Of a DNA stretch of 64,000 nt, positions 30,182 to 38,591 are shown piece after piece. The translations under genes and the position numbers were made by a program. The stretch's first letter is position 1, and every line of letters starts with the position of its first letter. The DNA is from Planctomycetota bacterium. GTDB lineage: Bacteria; Planctomycetota; JAJSAM01; JAJVHW01. Where the stretch lies: NCBI GenBank assembly GCA_021414065.1, contig JAIOPE010000004.1, positions 38,636-102,635 of the forward strand, written 5' to 3'. The notes beneath the pieces were generated by a model, which was not told the DNA's origin, did no database searches, and worked only from the letters and a program-made list of their open reading frames with translations.

Positions 30182-31672
30182 ATGCAGATGCGAAAGACGT
30201 GGGGCTGGCTCCTTGGACTTCTCGTGATCACCGGGATCGGCGCGATCGCGCAGGCGGATGTCGTCGAGTTGGTCGGCGGTCGCGCCGTGCAGGGCCGCAT
30301 TCTCTCCGGGCAGACGTCCGAAGAGGCTCTCGCCCTGGAGTTGTACGACACCGGCGGCACGATCTTGGTCAAGTGGGACCACATCGTCCCGGCGCGTGCG
30401 AAGGAACTCCGCGTCCAGACCGGAATCGAGGTCTCCGAGGACGAGGCACCTACGGTCGCCGGTCACCGGGTGCTTCTCGTGACGGGCCAGGTTCTCGAGG
30501 GCTTGGTCCTCAACCCGGACGCGAAGGACGGTCCGGTCCAGCTCAAGACGCGGACCTCGGTGCAGAACATCGACCGCTCGCAGTGGGTGCGCACGGACCC
30601 CACGGAGCTCGACGGCCTCCTCGTCTACAAGCCCGAGGAGTGGTACCAGATCCGCCGCGACCAGAGCCCGCCGGACACGCCGTTTGCCCACAAGTTGATG
30701 GCGCTCTTCTGCATGAAGATCGGCGCGCTCTCCCAGGCGTCCACGCACCTCGAAGCCGCGATGGCTGACGGCCCCTTCTCCGAGACACCCGAAGGCAAGG
30801 TACTGCCGGCGCTCAAGAAGCAACTTGACGTGCTCATGAAGTCTCAGGGCGCGCAGGACCTGGTGGCGCAGATCAACGCCGCGATGCGGTCGAACCGTTG
30901 GAACCTCGCGCTCAGCACGCTGAACCAGCTCGACGCACAGTACAAGGACGAACAGGTTCGGAAACTCGTGCACTTCGAACTGCTTGAGAGTCGCGTCGTG
31001 CGCGGTCGCGACGGTTACTTCGGCAAGGAGGTCCAGCGCCGCGTCTATGCGACCATGGGCCGCCTGATCGAGGGGAAGTCCCGCGAGAAGAAGCCGCTGC
31101 GCGCGGATGAGAACGCGCCGCGTGGCGTGGCGACCCCGGGGACGCTCGCGGCGGCCCGTCAGTGGCTGGCGCGCGACCTGCCGACGCAGCTCTGGGAGAA
31201 GGTCGCCGCCGAGCTCGAGTTGAAGCCCGAAGAGATGGACCGCTACTGGAAGGCCCGCAGCGGCAAGAACTACCAGTCTTCGTCGTACGGCACCGGCTCG
31301 TTCATCGTGATCAAGCGAGCTGCCGCAGCTGGCGGGTCCGACCCGAATCGGCAGCGTCGGCCTGCGGGCTCGACGCGCGACTCCGGTGGTCAGCAGGGCG
31401 GTCCTCAGCGACAGAGCAAGGAAGACAAGCCGAAGACCGAAGAGGAGTGGTGGGATGAGCGCAGCCCCGGCGATCGCGCCCGCTGGCTCACGGCGTTCTT
31501 CGGTGAGTCGAGCGGGATCTTCGAGGTCATCCGCGCCGACGAGTCGGAATCCTGCGACTCGTGTGGCGGACGCGGCGTTCTCGTGTCGAACGGCACGGAC
31601 GGATCGACCCAGAGCACCGTCTGCCCGAAGTGCAACGGCTCGACCAAGTTCCGCAAGGTCGTCTTCAAGTGA
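30182..31672 (+). CDS. secreted hypothetical protein with a C-terminal CxxCxGxG / CxxCxG zinc-finger-like motif
   Basis: Signal peptide MQMRKTWGWLLGLLVITGIGAIAQA. There is a Gly/Gln/Arg-rich low-complexity linker. The C-terminus is SCDSCGGRGVLVSNGTDGSTQSTVCPKCNGSTKF (DnaJ-type zinc-finger pattern). Starts 5 nt after the preceding gene. Confidence 0.7.
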   Translation: MQMRKTWGWLLGLLVITGIGAIAQADVVELVGGRAVQGRILSGQTSEEALALELYDTGGTILVKWDHIVPARAKELRVQTGIEVSEDEAPTVAGHRVLLVTGQVLEGLVLNPDAKDGPVQLKTRTSVQNIDRSQWVRTDPTELDGLLVYKPEEWYQIRRDQSPPDTPFAHKLMALFCMKIGALSQASTHLEAAMADGPFSETPEGKVLPALKKQLDVLMKSQGAQDLVAQINAAMRSNRWNLALSTLNQLDAQYKDEQVRKLVHFELLESRVVRGRDGYFGKEVQRRVYATMGRLIEGKSREKKPLRADENAPRGVATPGTLAAARQWLARDLPTQLWEKVAAELELKPEEMDRYWKARSGKNYQSSSYGTGSFIVIKRAAAAGGSDPNRQRRPAGSTRDSGGQQGGPQRQSKEDKPKTEEEWWDERSPGDRARWLTAFFGESSGIFEVIRADESESCDSCGGRGVLVSNGTDGSTQSTVCPKCNGSTKFRKVVFK

Positions 31673-31686
31673 AAGCTGGTCGTCAC

Positions 31687-32298
31687 GTGACATCTCACCC
31701 AATTCGCACGACCCACTCGGCTTCGACCACGACGAAGAACGTCGTCGGCATCGCGCTGGCGGTCTCGTTCGTACTGACCGCGTGCCAGCTCGCACACGCG
31801 AAGGCGCCGCTCAGCGGCCCGACGCTCGTGGAGATTCAGGAGCGCGCGAAGCAGGCCGAGGCAGACGCCCGTGCGAAGGCGGTTGAGGCCCAGAAGGACC
31901 CGAACAAGGAAGCGATCGACGCCTTCGCCGTTCGCGGCAAGACCGAACTCAAGGACTTCGGCAAACTTACGCTGATGATCCTCGACGCCGACACGGCCGG
32001 CCTCCAGAGCTATCGCATGCCTGCTGCGGAGGCGCTCGTGAAGCGCTTCCAGCAGGAGAACTGGGACGGCGACGCGAACGTGCGGCAGATCCGACTGGAT
32101 GTCGCGGTGGAGCTGTGCGAGTTGCTCAAAGCCCCGGCCAAGGACGACGTCGGGCTCGCGATTGCAGAGTACGTCTTCGGCACCTGGTATCGCCCCCCCC
32201 TCGTGAACAACCACTGGCGCAAGGATGCGAAGCAGGGCGACCGCCAGAAGGCGTACATCAAGATCAAGAAGTTCCTGAAGGACTCGCAGAAGAAGTAG
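31687..32298 (+). CDS. hypothetical lipoprotein (start uncertain)
   Basis: An in-frame GTG at 31687 avoids overlap with the upstream gene. ...KNVVGIALAVSFVLTACQLAHA contains the lipobox-like LTAC. The rest is Lys-rich and helical. It is the last gene of the co-directional block. Confidence 0.5.
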   Translation: MTSHPIRTTHSASTTTKNVVGIALAVSFVLTACQLAHAKAPLSGPTLVEIQERAKQAEADARAKAVEAQKDPNKEAIDAFAVRGKTELKDFGKLTLMILDADTAGLQSYRMPAAEALVKRFQQENWDGDANVRQIRLDVAVELCELLKAPAKDDVGLAIAEYVFGTWYRPPLVNNHWRKDAKQGDRQKAYIKIKKFLKDSQKK

Positions 32299-32617
32299 TT
32301 CGCCGCCCGGCTGTCCCGTCGGCGTCACGCCGAAGGTCGAGTGGACCGATCTCGTCGCGGCTCCTGCGAGCGGCGGTGTTCGGCTCTCGATGGGTCTGCG
32401 CCCCGAACACGTCGGCCGCCTGAAGCGGATTGGCCATGGACCGGCCCGCCTGCCCGAACGACGATGCGCACCAGGCCACTGACGACTTCGGGCGGCGCGC
32501 TCCATCGATCAGTGACTGCGGGAACGAACTGCGGCGGACCGCAGATCGCCACCGCCGAGGCGATTCACTCGTCCCACACGCGACGTCGTCCGTCGCGGGC
32601 CGCGAGGACCCGAACCC

Positions 32618-33727
32618 GTGACACAGCCCGGTTGCCCGCGCCCGTCCAGCCTCCGAGCGATCGCCCTGACGATGCTCGTCGCTGCGTGTGCACACCCGGT
32701 CGCATCACATCGGCCGGCTGCTCCGGATCCGGCGGACGCCGGAGCCGTGCGACCGGCTGAATCCGCGGCGTCGCGGACGCCGGCCGCACCACCGTTGACG
32801 CGGGTCGTCCCGCTGCCAGCGCCTGCGGCGCTCCCGTCGCGCGGTTCGCCGGAGACCGGTCTCGCCGGGCCGGGTGGCGAGCTAGTCCGTGCGGGAACTC
32901 ACGTGGTGACGACCGCTGACCTCGGCGATTTCGTCCTGCGATGGCAACCCGACGTTGCGTCCGTCGCGGTGCGCCGACTCACGCTCGCGGCGATGGTGGA
33001 CGCCGAGGCCTCCCGCGAAGGCGCGGAGATCGCTCCGGGCGCCGTCGAGGCCGCCGCGGGCGCCGCGTTGGGCGAGCGTGTACGTCGCCTCCGCATCGAG
33101 CACGGATCGGGCGCGGACATCGACGAGTTGCTCCGCAGCACCTACGGCCGCACGCTCGACGGCCTCCGGGATGACTTCCGCAGGGCGGTTCGCACGGACC
33201 TGCTCCGTGAGCGGCTCGCACGTCTCGATGGCCTTCGACGCGACGGAGTCGAGTTGCGCGTGGTCGTCGCCCCTGACGAACGGACGGCGCGCGCGATCGC
33301 AAGCCAGTGGCGCGACGGAGCGGACGCCGCACTCTTCGTCGCCCGGCTCGGGCTGCGCCCGCCGGCGGCGCCGCCGCCGGTTGCGATCGAGGACATCCCG
33401 GAGCGGCCGCTCCGGGAACGGCTGGCGAGCGCGCCGTCCGGCTCGGTTCTCGACCCGGTTCCGTTCGAGGCCGAGGACCCGGAGCGTCCAGGTGACGTGA
33501 CGACCTGGTGGCAGGTGTTCAAGGTCATCCGCGCGTGGAAGGCATCATCGGACCCGTGGTCGGTTGTCGCGGCGCAGGTTGAGGCGTCGATCCGCGAGTC
33601 GCCGCCCTCGGACGAAGAGACGGCTGCCTGGGAACAGCGCGCCGCGCGGCGCCTGCGGCTGGCGCGTTGGACGCCGGCGAGCGGATTTGGAGCGTCACCC
33701 CCTGACGGAACAATCAGGCGGCCATGA
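32618..33727 (+). CDS. hypothetical lipoprotein, SurA-N-terminal-like helical chaperone region
   Basis: GTG start. MTQPGCPRPSSLRAIALTMLVAACAH carries the lipobox VAAC. The Arg/Ala-rich helical body is weakly reminiscent of SurA/PpiD N-domains. Its stop overlaps the scpB start (ATGA). Confidence 0.55.
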   Translation: MTQPGCPRPSSLRAIALTMLVAACAHPVASHRPAAPDPADAGAVRPAESAASRTPAAPPLTRVVPLPAPAALPSRGSPETGLAGPGGELVRAGTHVVTTADLGDFVLRWQPDVASVAVRRLTLAAMVDAEASREGAEIAPGAVEAAAGAALGERVRRLRIEHGSGADIDELLRSTYGRTLDGLRDDFRRAVRTDLLRERLARLDGLRRDGVELRVVVAPDERTARAIASQWRDGADAALFVARLGLRPPAAPPPVAIEDIPERPLRERLASAPSGSVLDPVPFEAEDPERPGDVTTWWQVFKVIRAWKASSDPWSVVAAQVEASIRESPPSDEETAAWEQRAARRLRLARWTPASGFGASPPDGTIRRP

Positions 33728-34563
33728 ACCCAGAACCGACGACCGAGCCCGAACCAGAGTCCGCCAGGCCGAGCGACGCCGGGAGCGAACGCGAGCCCGC
33801 GCGACCGGAGCTTGCGCCGGGAGTCCTGGAGGCCGCGATGAACGCGACCTCCTCCGGCGCACCTGCTGCGCCCGCGCTTTCCGACGACCCCAAACCGGCG
33901 ACGACCGACGCGGTGGTCGATCAGGAGGCGGGCGTCCGAGAGCCTGACGCTGCGGCTCCGGACAGCACCAGTTCATCCGACGCCGCGGAACCGTTGACGG
34001 TAGACCTCGCAGACCCGGACGCGGAGGCGCTCGCAGCGATCCCCCTCACGACGCGAGTGGAGGCGCTGCTGTTCGCTGCGACCGAGCCGATCCCGTTGAA
34101 ACGGCTGCGCGAACTGACCGGTTGCCCCGACGCGAAGACGGTCCGCGAGGCGATCGAGTCGCTCGGTCGCGGCTACACGGAATCGGCCCGGGCGTTCCGC
34201 GTCGAGGAGATCGTTCAGGGGTTCCAGCTTCGTACGATCGACGCCGTCGGCCCCGTGGTCGCCCGCCTCGGACGGCGGCCCGCGGACGACCGCATCTCGA
34301 CCGCGGCGCTCGAAACGCTGGCGGTCGTCGCGTACCGTCAGCCCGTGCTGCGGGCCGACATCGAGAAGATCCGCGGCGTCGCCTGCGGCGAAGTGCTGCG
34401 CGCCCTGCAGGAGAGGGGACTCGTGCGCATCGTGGGCCGGGCCGACCTGCCGGGCTCACCGCTCCTCTACGGCACGACGCAGCGGTTCCTCGAGATCTTT
34501 GGTCTTCGGGACCTGCAGGAGTTGCCGAAGGACCGTGACCTCCTCCGGCCCCGCCCGGAGTAG
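33724..34563 (+). CDS. scpB: segregation and condensation protein B
   Basis: After an acidic, low-complexity N-terminus comes the conserved ScpB core. It reads VEALLFAATEPIPLKRL...FRVEEIVQGFQLRT...STAALETLAVVAYRQPVLRADIEKIRGV...LQERGLVRIVGRADLPGSPLLYGTTQRFLEIFGL. Confidence 0.85.
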   Translation: MNPEPTTEPEPESARPSDAGSEREPARPELAPGVLEAAMNATSSGAPAAPALSDDPKPATTDAVVDQEAGVREPDAAAPDSTSSSDAAEPLTVDLADPDAEALAAIPLTTRVEALLFAATEPIPLKRLRELTGCPDAKTVREAIESLGRGYTESARAFRVEEIVQGFQLRTIDAVGPVVARLGRRPADDRISTAALETLAVVAYRQPVLRADIEKIRGVACGEVLRALQERGLVRIVGRADLPGSPLLYGTTQRFLEIFGLRDLQELPKDRDLLRPRPE

Positions 34564-34637
34564 GCGTTCCCTGCATCGGCCCGCTCGCGCAGCGGAATCG
34601 AGCCCGCGGCGGCAGCGTCAGGTACAGTCGGCGGAGC

Positions 34638-36677
34638 ATGGCCAACGACAAGCACCACCTGGATGAGAAGCCCCTGGACCTCGAGGTCCACGAGGGCGAG
34701 ACACCGTTTGCCGTCTGGTCGCGGCGTCTGATGTTCCTCCTGCTGATCGTGCTCTGCGTGTCGTTCGCGGCGCCGGCGGTCGGCAGTTGCAGCGGCGCCC
34801 TGGGCAGCGGCGGTTCCAAGCTCTGGGGCACGTTCGAAGTCGCGGGGCAGAAGTTCGACGTACACGAGGCCGAGTTCCAGCGCCTCCACGCACGGTACGC
34901 CGCAGTCTTCCGTCTCTTCGACCCGCAGGGGCAGCGCAGCCTCTCGAACGACGAGGTCTGGAGTCAGGTCATCCTCGACGAGGTGGCGAAGGCCGAAGGC
35001 ATTCACGTCTCGGACGACCAAATCGCCAAGTTCATCGCGATGCACCCCGCGTTCCAGAGCGGCGGCAAGTTCGCCGAGGACAAGTACCGCGCCGAGATGA
35101 AGAACCTCGCACGCTACGCGGGCGTGGATCACGAAGGTTTCACGTCGGGTTTGAAGTCGATCCTCCGAACCGAGATCTACCGCGGCATCTATGCGTCTGC
35201 GTTCACGCTGCCGCAGTCGCGCGAGGCATACGACGAGTGGAAGAAGACGAACACCAAGATCACCGTGGACTACGTCGTCCAGCCGTTCTCCGCGCTCCGC
35301 GAGAAGGCTCGCACGCTGCCCGTGACCGACGAGGACCTGCGTCGCGCGGCAATTCTCCCCGACATCGTGGAGATGCGCACCACGCCGGCGCGTCGCGGGA
35401 TCGAGGCGGCGTACGTCCGCGTCCACGAAGTCACGCCCGAGCAGCGCGCGGCGATGCAGTTGTTCGTCGAGTCCGCGGGGCTGCTCCCGAAAGACCAGTC
35501 GCTCGAAGCGGTCGCCTGGCGAGAGTACTTCAGCAACAAGCAGGAAGGCGGCCCGTACACGCGCCAGACGTGGATCGCTGCCCACCGTCCGGCGTACGAG
35601 AAGGAACTCGCGGCGTGGACCGCGTTGCCCGAGCCGCGACCCGAGGCGTCGAAGCCCGTGGATCCTTCCACCGTGGCGTGGCCGGAGAAGCCGTCGGACG
35701 TCTTTTACAAGCAGTGGCGCGGCGCGGTGGAGATCGAGGTGCTTGGGCGTGAGGTCCTGCGGAACATGGCATCGCGGGCCGAACGCGAGGGCAAGGCGTT
35801 CGCGGACCTCCTCCCCGAGTTCGCCGCGATGGGGGTTCGCGTCACGAGTACGCCTGAGCCGCTCACCGACGCAGAGCTGGTCACCAAGTTCCCCGAGGGG
35901 CTGGGGCGCGAGTCCGAGCTCGAGCAGGCGGTTCGCACGCGCTTCCGTCTCCCGGAGGGCGGCGCCAAGTTCGCGCCCACCGCGCTTCCGGATCCCGTGC
36001 CCGCGTGTCGCGTGTCGGACAAGCCGCTGGAGCGCGGCTGGATCGCGCTGCGTTGGACTTCGTACGAGCCGGCGCGCGAGCGCGACGTTCTTGAGATCCG
36101 TGAGAAGGCGACCGACGCCTACCGCGCGTACCGCGCGACGGAATTGGCGCGCGACACGCTGGTGGAGATTCGCAAGAAGGTCGAAGATGCCGGCGGCGAC
36201 GTGGCTGCGAAACGGGCCGCACTCCGGAAGCTTGCGGGCGAGGCCGGTCTGTCGGTCCAGGAGATCCGTCGCTTCAACGCTCGCACCGAGAAGCCGCGGC
36301 CCCAGTTGCTCGCAGAGGACGCCACGCAGGATGCTCGCGAAGCGGCGGATCGGGCCGTGCACCGGAGCCGCATCCAGGACGATTACCCGCTTCTCTCCAA
36401 GCAGGAGGCCGGCAAGATCCGCGACCCGATCCTGCTCGACGAGCGCACGCTTGCTGCGTACCTCATTCTGCTCGTGGACAAGTCGGAACCTGGTCCGATC
36501 GAGATGGACGCAGCCACGCTTCGGAACGAGCGGATGATGCGCTCGTACCAGAGCCGCACGCTCATGGGGAGTGCGCTGGGAGCGAAGGAACTCAAGAGTC
36601 GTTACCGGATGGTGCTGACGCCCGACGGCAAGGCAGCGACCGAGAAGGACTCCGAGAAGAGCACCGAGTCGAACTGA
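34638..36677 (+). CDS. membrane-anchored periplasmic chaperone-like protein (PpiD/SurA-N-like)
   Basis: 679 aa. The N-terminal TM helix is LMFLLLIVLCVSFAAPAV. The long helical ectodomain has the general PpiD layout. I could not see a clear parvulin PPIase motif, so the function is tentative. Confidence 0.5.
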   Translation: MANDKHHLDEKPLDLEVHEGETPFAVWSRRLMFLLLIVLCVSFAAPAVGSCSGALGSGGSKLWGTFEVAGQKFDVHEAEFQRLHARYAAVFRLFDPQGQRSLSNDEVWSQVILDEVAKAEGIHVSDDQIAKFIAMHPAFQSGGKFAEDKYRAEMKNLARYAGVDHEGFTSGLKSILRTEIYRGIYASAFTLPQSREAYDEWKKTNTKITVDYVVQPFSALREKARTLPVTDEDLRRAAILPDIVEMRTTPARRGIEAAYVRVHEVTPEQRAAMQLFVESAGLLPKDQSLEAVAWREYFSNKQEGGPYTRQTWIAAHRPAYEKELAAWTALPEPRPEASKPVDPSTVAWPEKPSDVFYKQWRGAVEIEVLGREVLRNMASRAEREGKAFADLLPEFAAMGVRVTSTPEPLTDAELVTKFPEGLGRESELEQAVRTRFRLPEGGAKFAPTALPDPVPACRVSDKPLERGWIALRWTSYEPARERDVLEIREKATDAYRAYRATELARDTLVEIRKKVEDAGGDVAAKRAALRKLAGEAGLSVQEIRRFNARTEKPRPQLLAEDATQDAREAADRAVHRSRIQDDYPLLSKQEAGKIRDPILLDERTLAAYLILLVDKSEPGPIEMDAATLRNERMMRSYQSRTLMGSALGAKELKSRYRMVLTPDGKAATEKDSEKSTESN

Positions 36678-36804
36678 CGCGAGCAAGGCCGTCGGGCACG
36701 TCCGCGGCTGCACCGGGAACCGCTGCAGCGAGAGCTGTCACGCGCAGCTCCGCGACATTTGAGCGGCCCACCGCGACCGAAGAACCACACGTGGGCGTAC
36801 TGCT

Positions 36805-37095
36805 TCAGTCCTGGCCCGGACAGGAGTCCGGCGTATCAGGCGGCAGCGGCACCGGGTCGTAACCGCCCGGACACCCGGGTCGGCAGCGCGCGAGACGCTT
36901 CACCGCAAGTGTGACCCCGCGCCACGCGCCGTATCTCGTGACGGCTTCGGCGGCGTACACCGAACAGGTCGGCTCGAACCGGCACGCCCTGGGCAGCAGC
37001 GGGGAGATCCAACGCTTGTAGGTCCGCACCGCGACGAGAAGCACCCGCGCGACAGGGCTCACGTCGCGGGCGCTCCAGCCGGGTTCTCGCCGCAT
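36805..37095 (-). CDS. yidD: membrane protein insertion efficiency factor YidD
   Basis: An internal ATG at 37095 gives a 96-aa protein with the YidD signature YKRWISPLLPRACRFEPTCSVYAAEAV..YG. It overlaps the rnpA 3' end. Confidence 0.85.
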   Translation of the reverse strand: MRREPGWSARDVSPVARVLLVAVRTYKRWISPLLPRACRFEPTCSVYAAEAVTRYGAWRGVTLAVKRLARCRPGCPGGYDPVPLPPDTPDSCPGQD

Positions 37096-37544
37096 CGAGT
37101 CTCCACCGACTCCGGCGGCGCTGCGGGAGCGACGGACGCCGCGGTCGTGGCTGGGATCACGGGCACCACAACTGCTTTTGCGCACTCGACGGCGTACCGC
37201 CTCGCAGCGCCGTGCGCGGCGCGGACGAGCATCTCCCGCACGGCTTCCATCTTGCGCCCGTGGATTCGGCCACGGGGAAGGAGCAGGAAGTCGAACCCGA
37301 CCGGCAACGTCGGCCGTGCCGTGCGGAACGACTCGCGCAGCAGGCGGCGCGCCCGGTTGCGCCTCACCGCATCGCCCCACTTGCGGCCGACGACGAGGCC
37401 GAAGCGCGGCGGCTGACCGTCGGCGCGATCGAACGCATAGACGACGACGTCGGCCGAAGCCGAGGATCGCCCTCGGTCAAACACGCGCCGCACGTCGGAA
37501 TCCCGACGAACGTGCGATCCGTGGGGCAGGCGGAGCCCGGTCAT
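37059..37544 (-). CDS. rnpA: ribonuclease P protein component
   Basis: MTGLRLPHGSHVRRDSDVRRVFDRGRS....VVVY.....PRFGLVVGRKWGDAVRRNRARRLLRESFR matches the RnpA RNR-motif region. It sits immediately upstream of yidD, as is usual. Confidence 0.8.
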   Translation of the reverse strand: MTGLRLPHGSHVRRDSDVRRVFDRGRSSASADVVVYAFDRADGQPPRFGLVVGRKWGDAVRRNRARRLLRESFRTARPTLPVGFDFLLLPRGRIHGRKMEAVREMLVRAAHGAARRYAVECAKAVVVPVIPATTAASVAPAAPPESVETRCGENPAGAPAT

Positions 37545-37894
37545 GGGGCCGCCAAGCCCGTCGCGGCAAAACGCGGCGTGCGACGCCACCGACGCGCCGA
37601 TCCTGCGGTGGCCCGCATCGCGGTCACGATCGAAACACCGCTGGTGTGAGCATGCGCCCGACGATGCAGGACCGACGCGTGCAGCCTCGTGAGCCCAGCG
37701 GATCGTGCCGCGTCACTCCGACGGCGGGAGCTGATCGAGGTGTGTGCATGTGGTCCGGCGCATCGTAGCGCGGCGAGGGCGCGGGGCATCCGGGCAAGCA
37801 TCCGCACCCGATCCGCCGGCGTCTCCGCAACGCCCCGCGTGGACATTCGTAGCGGATTCCTGCTGGACCCTGTCGCCGGGGGGTGTTAGTCTTT

Positions 37895-37917
37895 GGTTCG
37901 CTTACGGAGGACGAACC
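37895..37917. promoter_or_regulatory. inverted repeat GGTTCG-N11-CGAACC upstream of lexA (candidate operator or RNA hairpin)
   Basis: GGTTCG at 37895-37900 and CGAACC at 37912-37917 are exact reverse complements. The loop contains the GGAGG Shine-Dalgarno of the small ORF. The GTTCG/CGAAC half-sites resemble those of several known LexA boxes, but the spacing does not match any motif I know. Confidence 0.3.
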
Positions 37918-37995
37918 ATGACCATGCTTCTGAGAACTGAACTGCCCGTGCTGGTGGCGCTCGCGTCGATCGTTGCCGGAGCACTCCTGCTGTGA
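37918..37995 (+). CDS. candidate 25-aa hydrophobic leader peptide, translationally coupled to lexA
   Basis: The ATG lies 7 nt after GGAGG. It encodes MTMLLRTELPVLVALASIVAGALLL. Its TGA overlaps the lexA GTG start (GTGA). Confidence 0.3.
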   Translation: MTMLLRTELPVLVALASIVAGALLL

Positions 37996-38588
37996 AGGCC
38001 TACACCAAGAAGCAGCGGGCGATTCTGGAGTTCATCGCCGCGTACCAGGCGAGCCACAGTGTCTCGCCGACGCTTGAGGAGATCGGGACCGAGTTCGGCG
38101 TCCACCGGGTGACGATCTTCCAGCACGTCAGCGCTCTGGAGCGGCGCGGCGCGATCCGCCGCGGGACCCAGCTCGCCAGGGGGCTTGAGATTCTCGACGC
38201 GGACTTCCTGCCTCAGCACCCGGTGCAAATCGTCGGCACGATTGCGGCGGGCCGTCCGCTCGCCGCGATCGAGACGCCAGAGGCGCTCGACATCGACGAG
38301 TACGTCCCGCAGGACGGCGATCACTATGCTCTTCGTGTCCGTGGCGACTCCATGGTCGAAGACGGCATCTGCGACGGCGACCTGGTGATCTGCCGCAAGG
38401 CGACCGGTGCTCGCAACGGCCAGGTCGTCGTGGCGATCGTCGGCGACGAGGAAGCGACGCTCAAGCGGTTCTACAAGCTGGCGAACGGGCGCGTGCGACT
38501 CGAGCCGGCGAACGCACGGCTGCGCCCGGTGGTCGTGGAGAAGTGCGAGGTTCGCGGCGTCGTGGTGAGCGTCATCCGCCGTGTCTGA
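37992..38588 (+). CDS. lexA: LexA repressor
   Basis: Winged-helix N-domain (LEEIGTEFGVHRVTIFQHVSALERRGAI). The Ala-Gly cleavage site lies in TIAAGRP. Catalytic Ser is in VRGDSM and Lys in EATLKRF. Confidence 0.92.
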   Translation: MKAYTKKQRAILEFIAAYQASHSVSPTLEEIGTEFGVHRVTIFQHVSALERRGAIRRGTQLARGLEILDADFLPQHPVQIVGTIAAGRPLAAIETPEALDIDEYVPQDGDHYALRVRGDSMVEDGICDGDLVICRKATGARNGQVVVAIVGDEEATLKRFYKLANGRVRLEPANARLRPVVVEKCEVRGVVVSVIRRV

Positions 38589-38591
38589 AAG

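Noticed and set aside
37545-37850. A possible rpmH (ribosomal protein L34) upstream of rnpA. This includes the 101-aa ORF 37541..37846, whose stop overlaps the rnpA start.
   Set aside because: I translated all three minus-strand frames over 37591-37750. None gives the L34 pattern (MKRT.QPS...R..HGFR.RM.T..GR.V...RR.KGR). The closest string, ...AMRATAGSARRWRRTPRF, is only Arg-rich noise.
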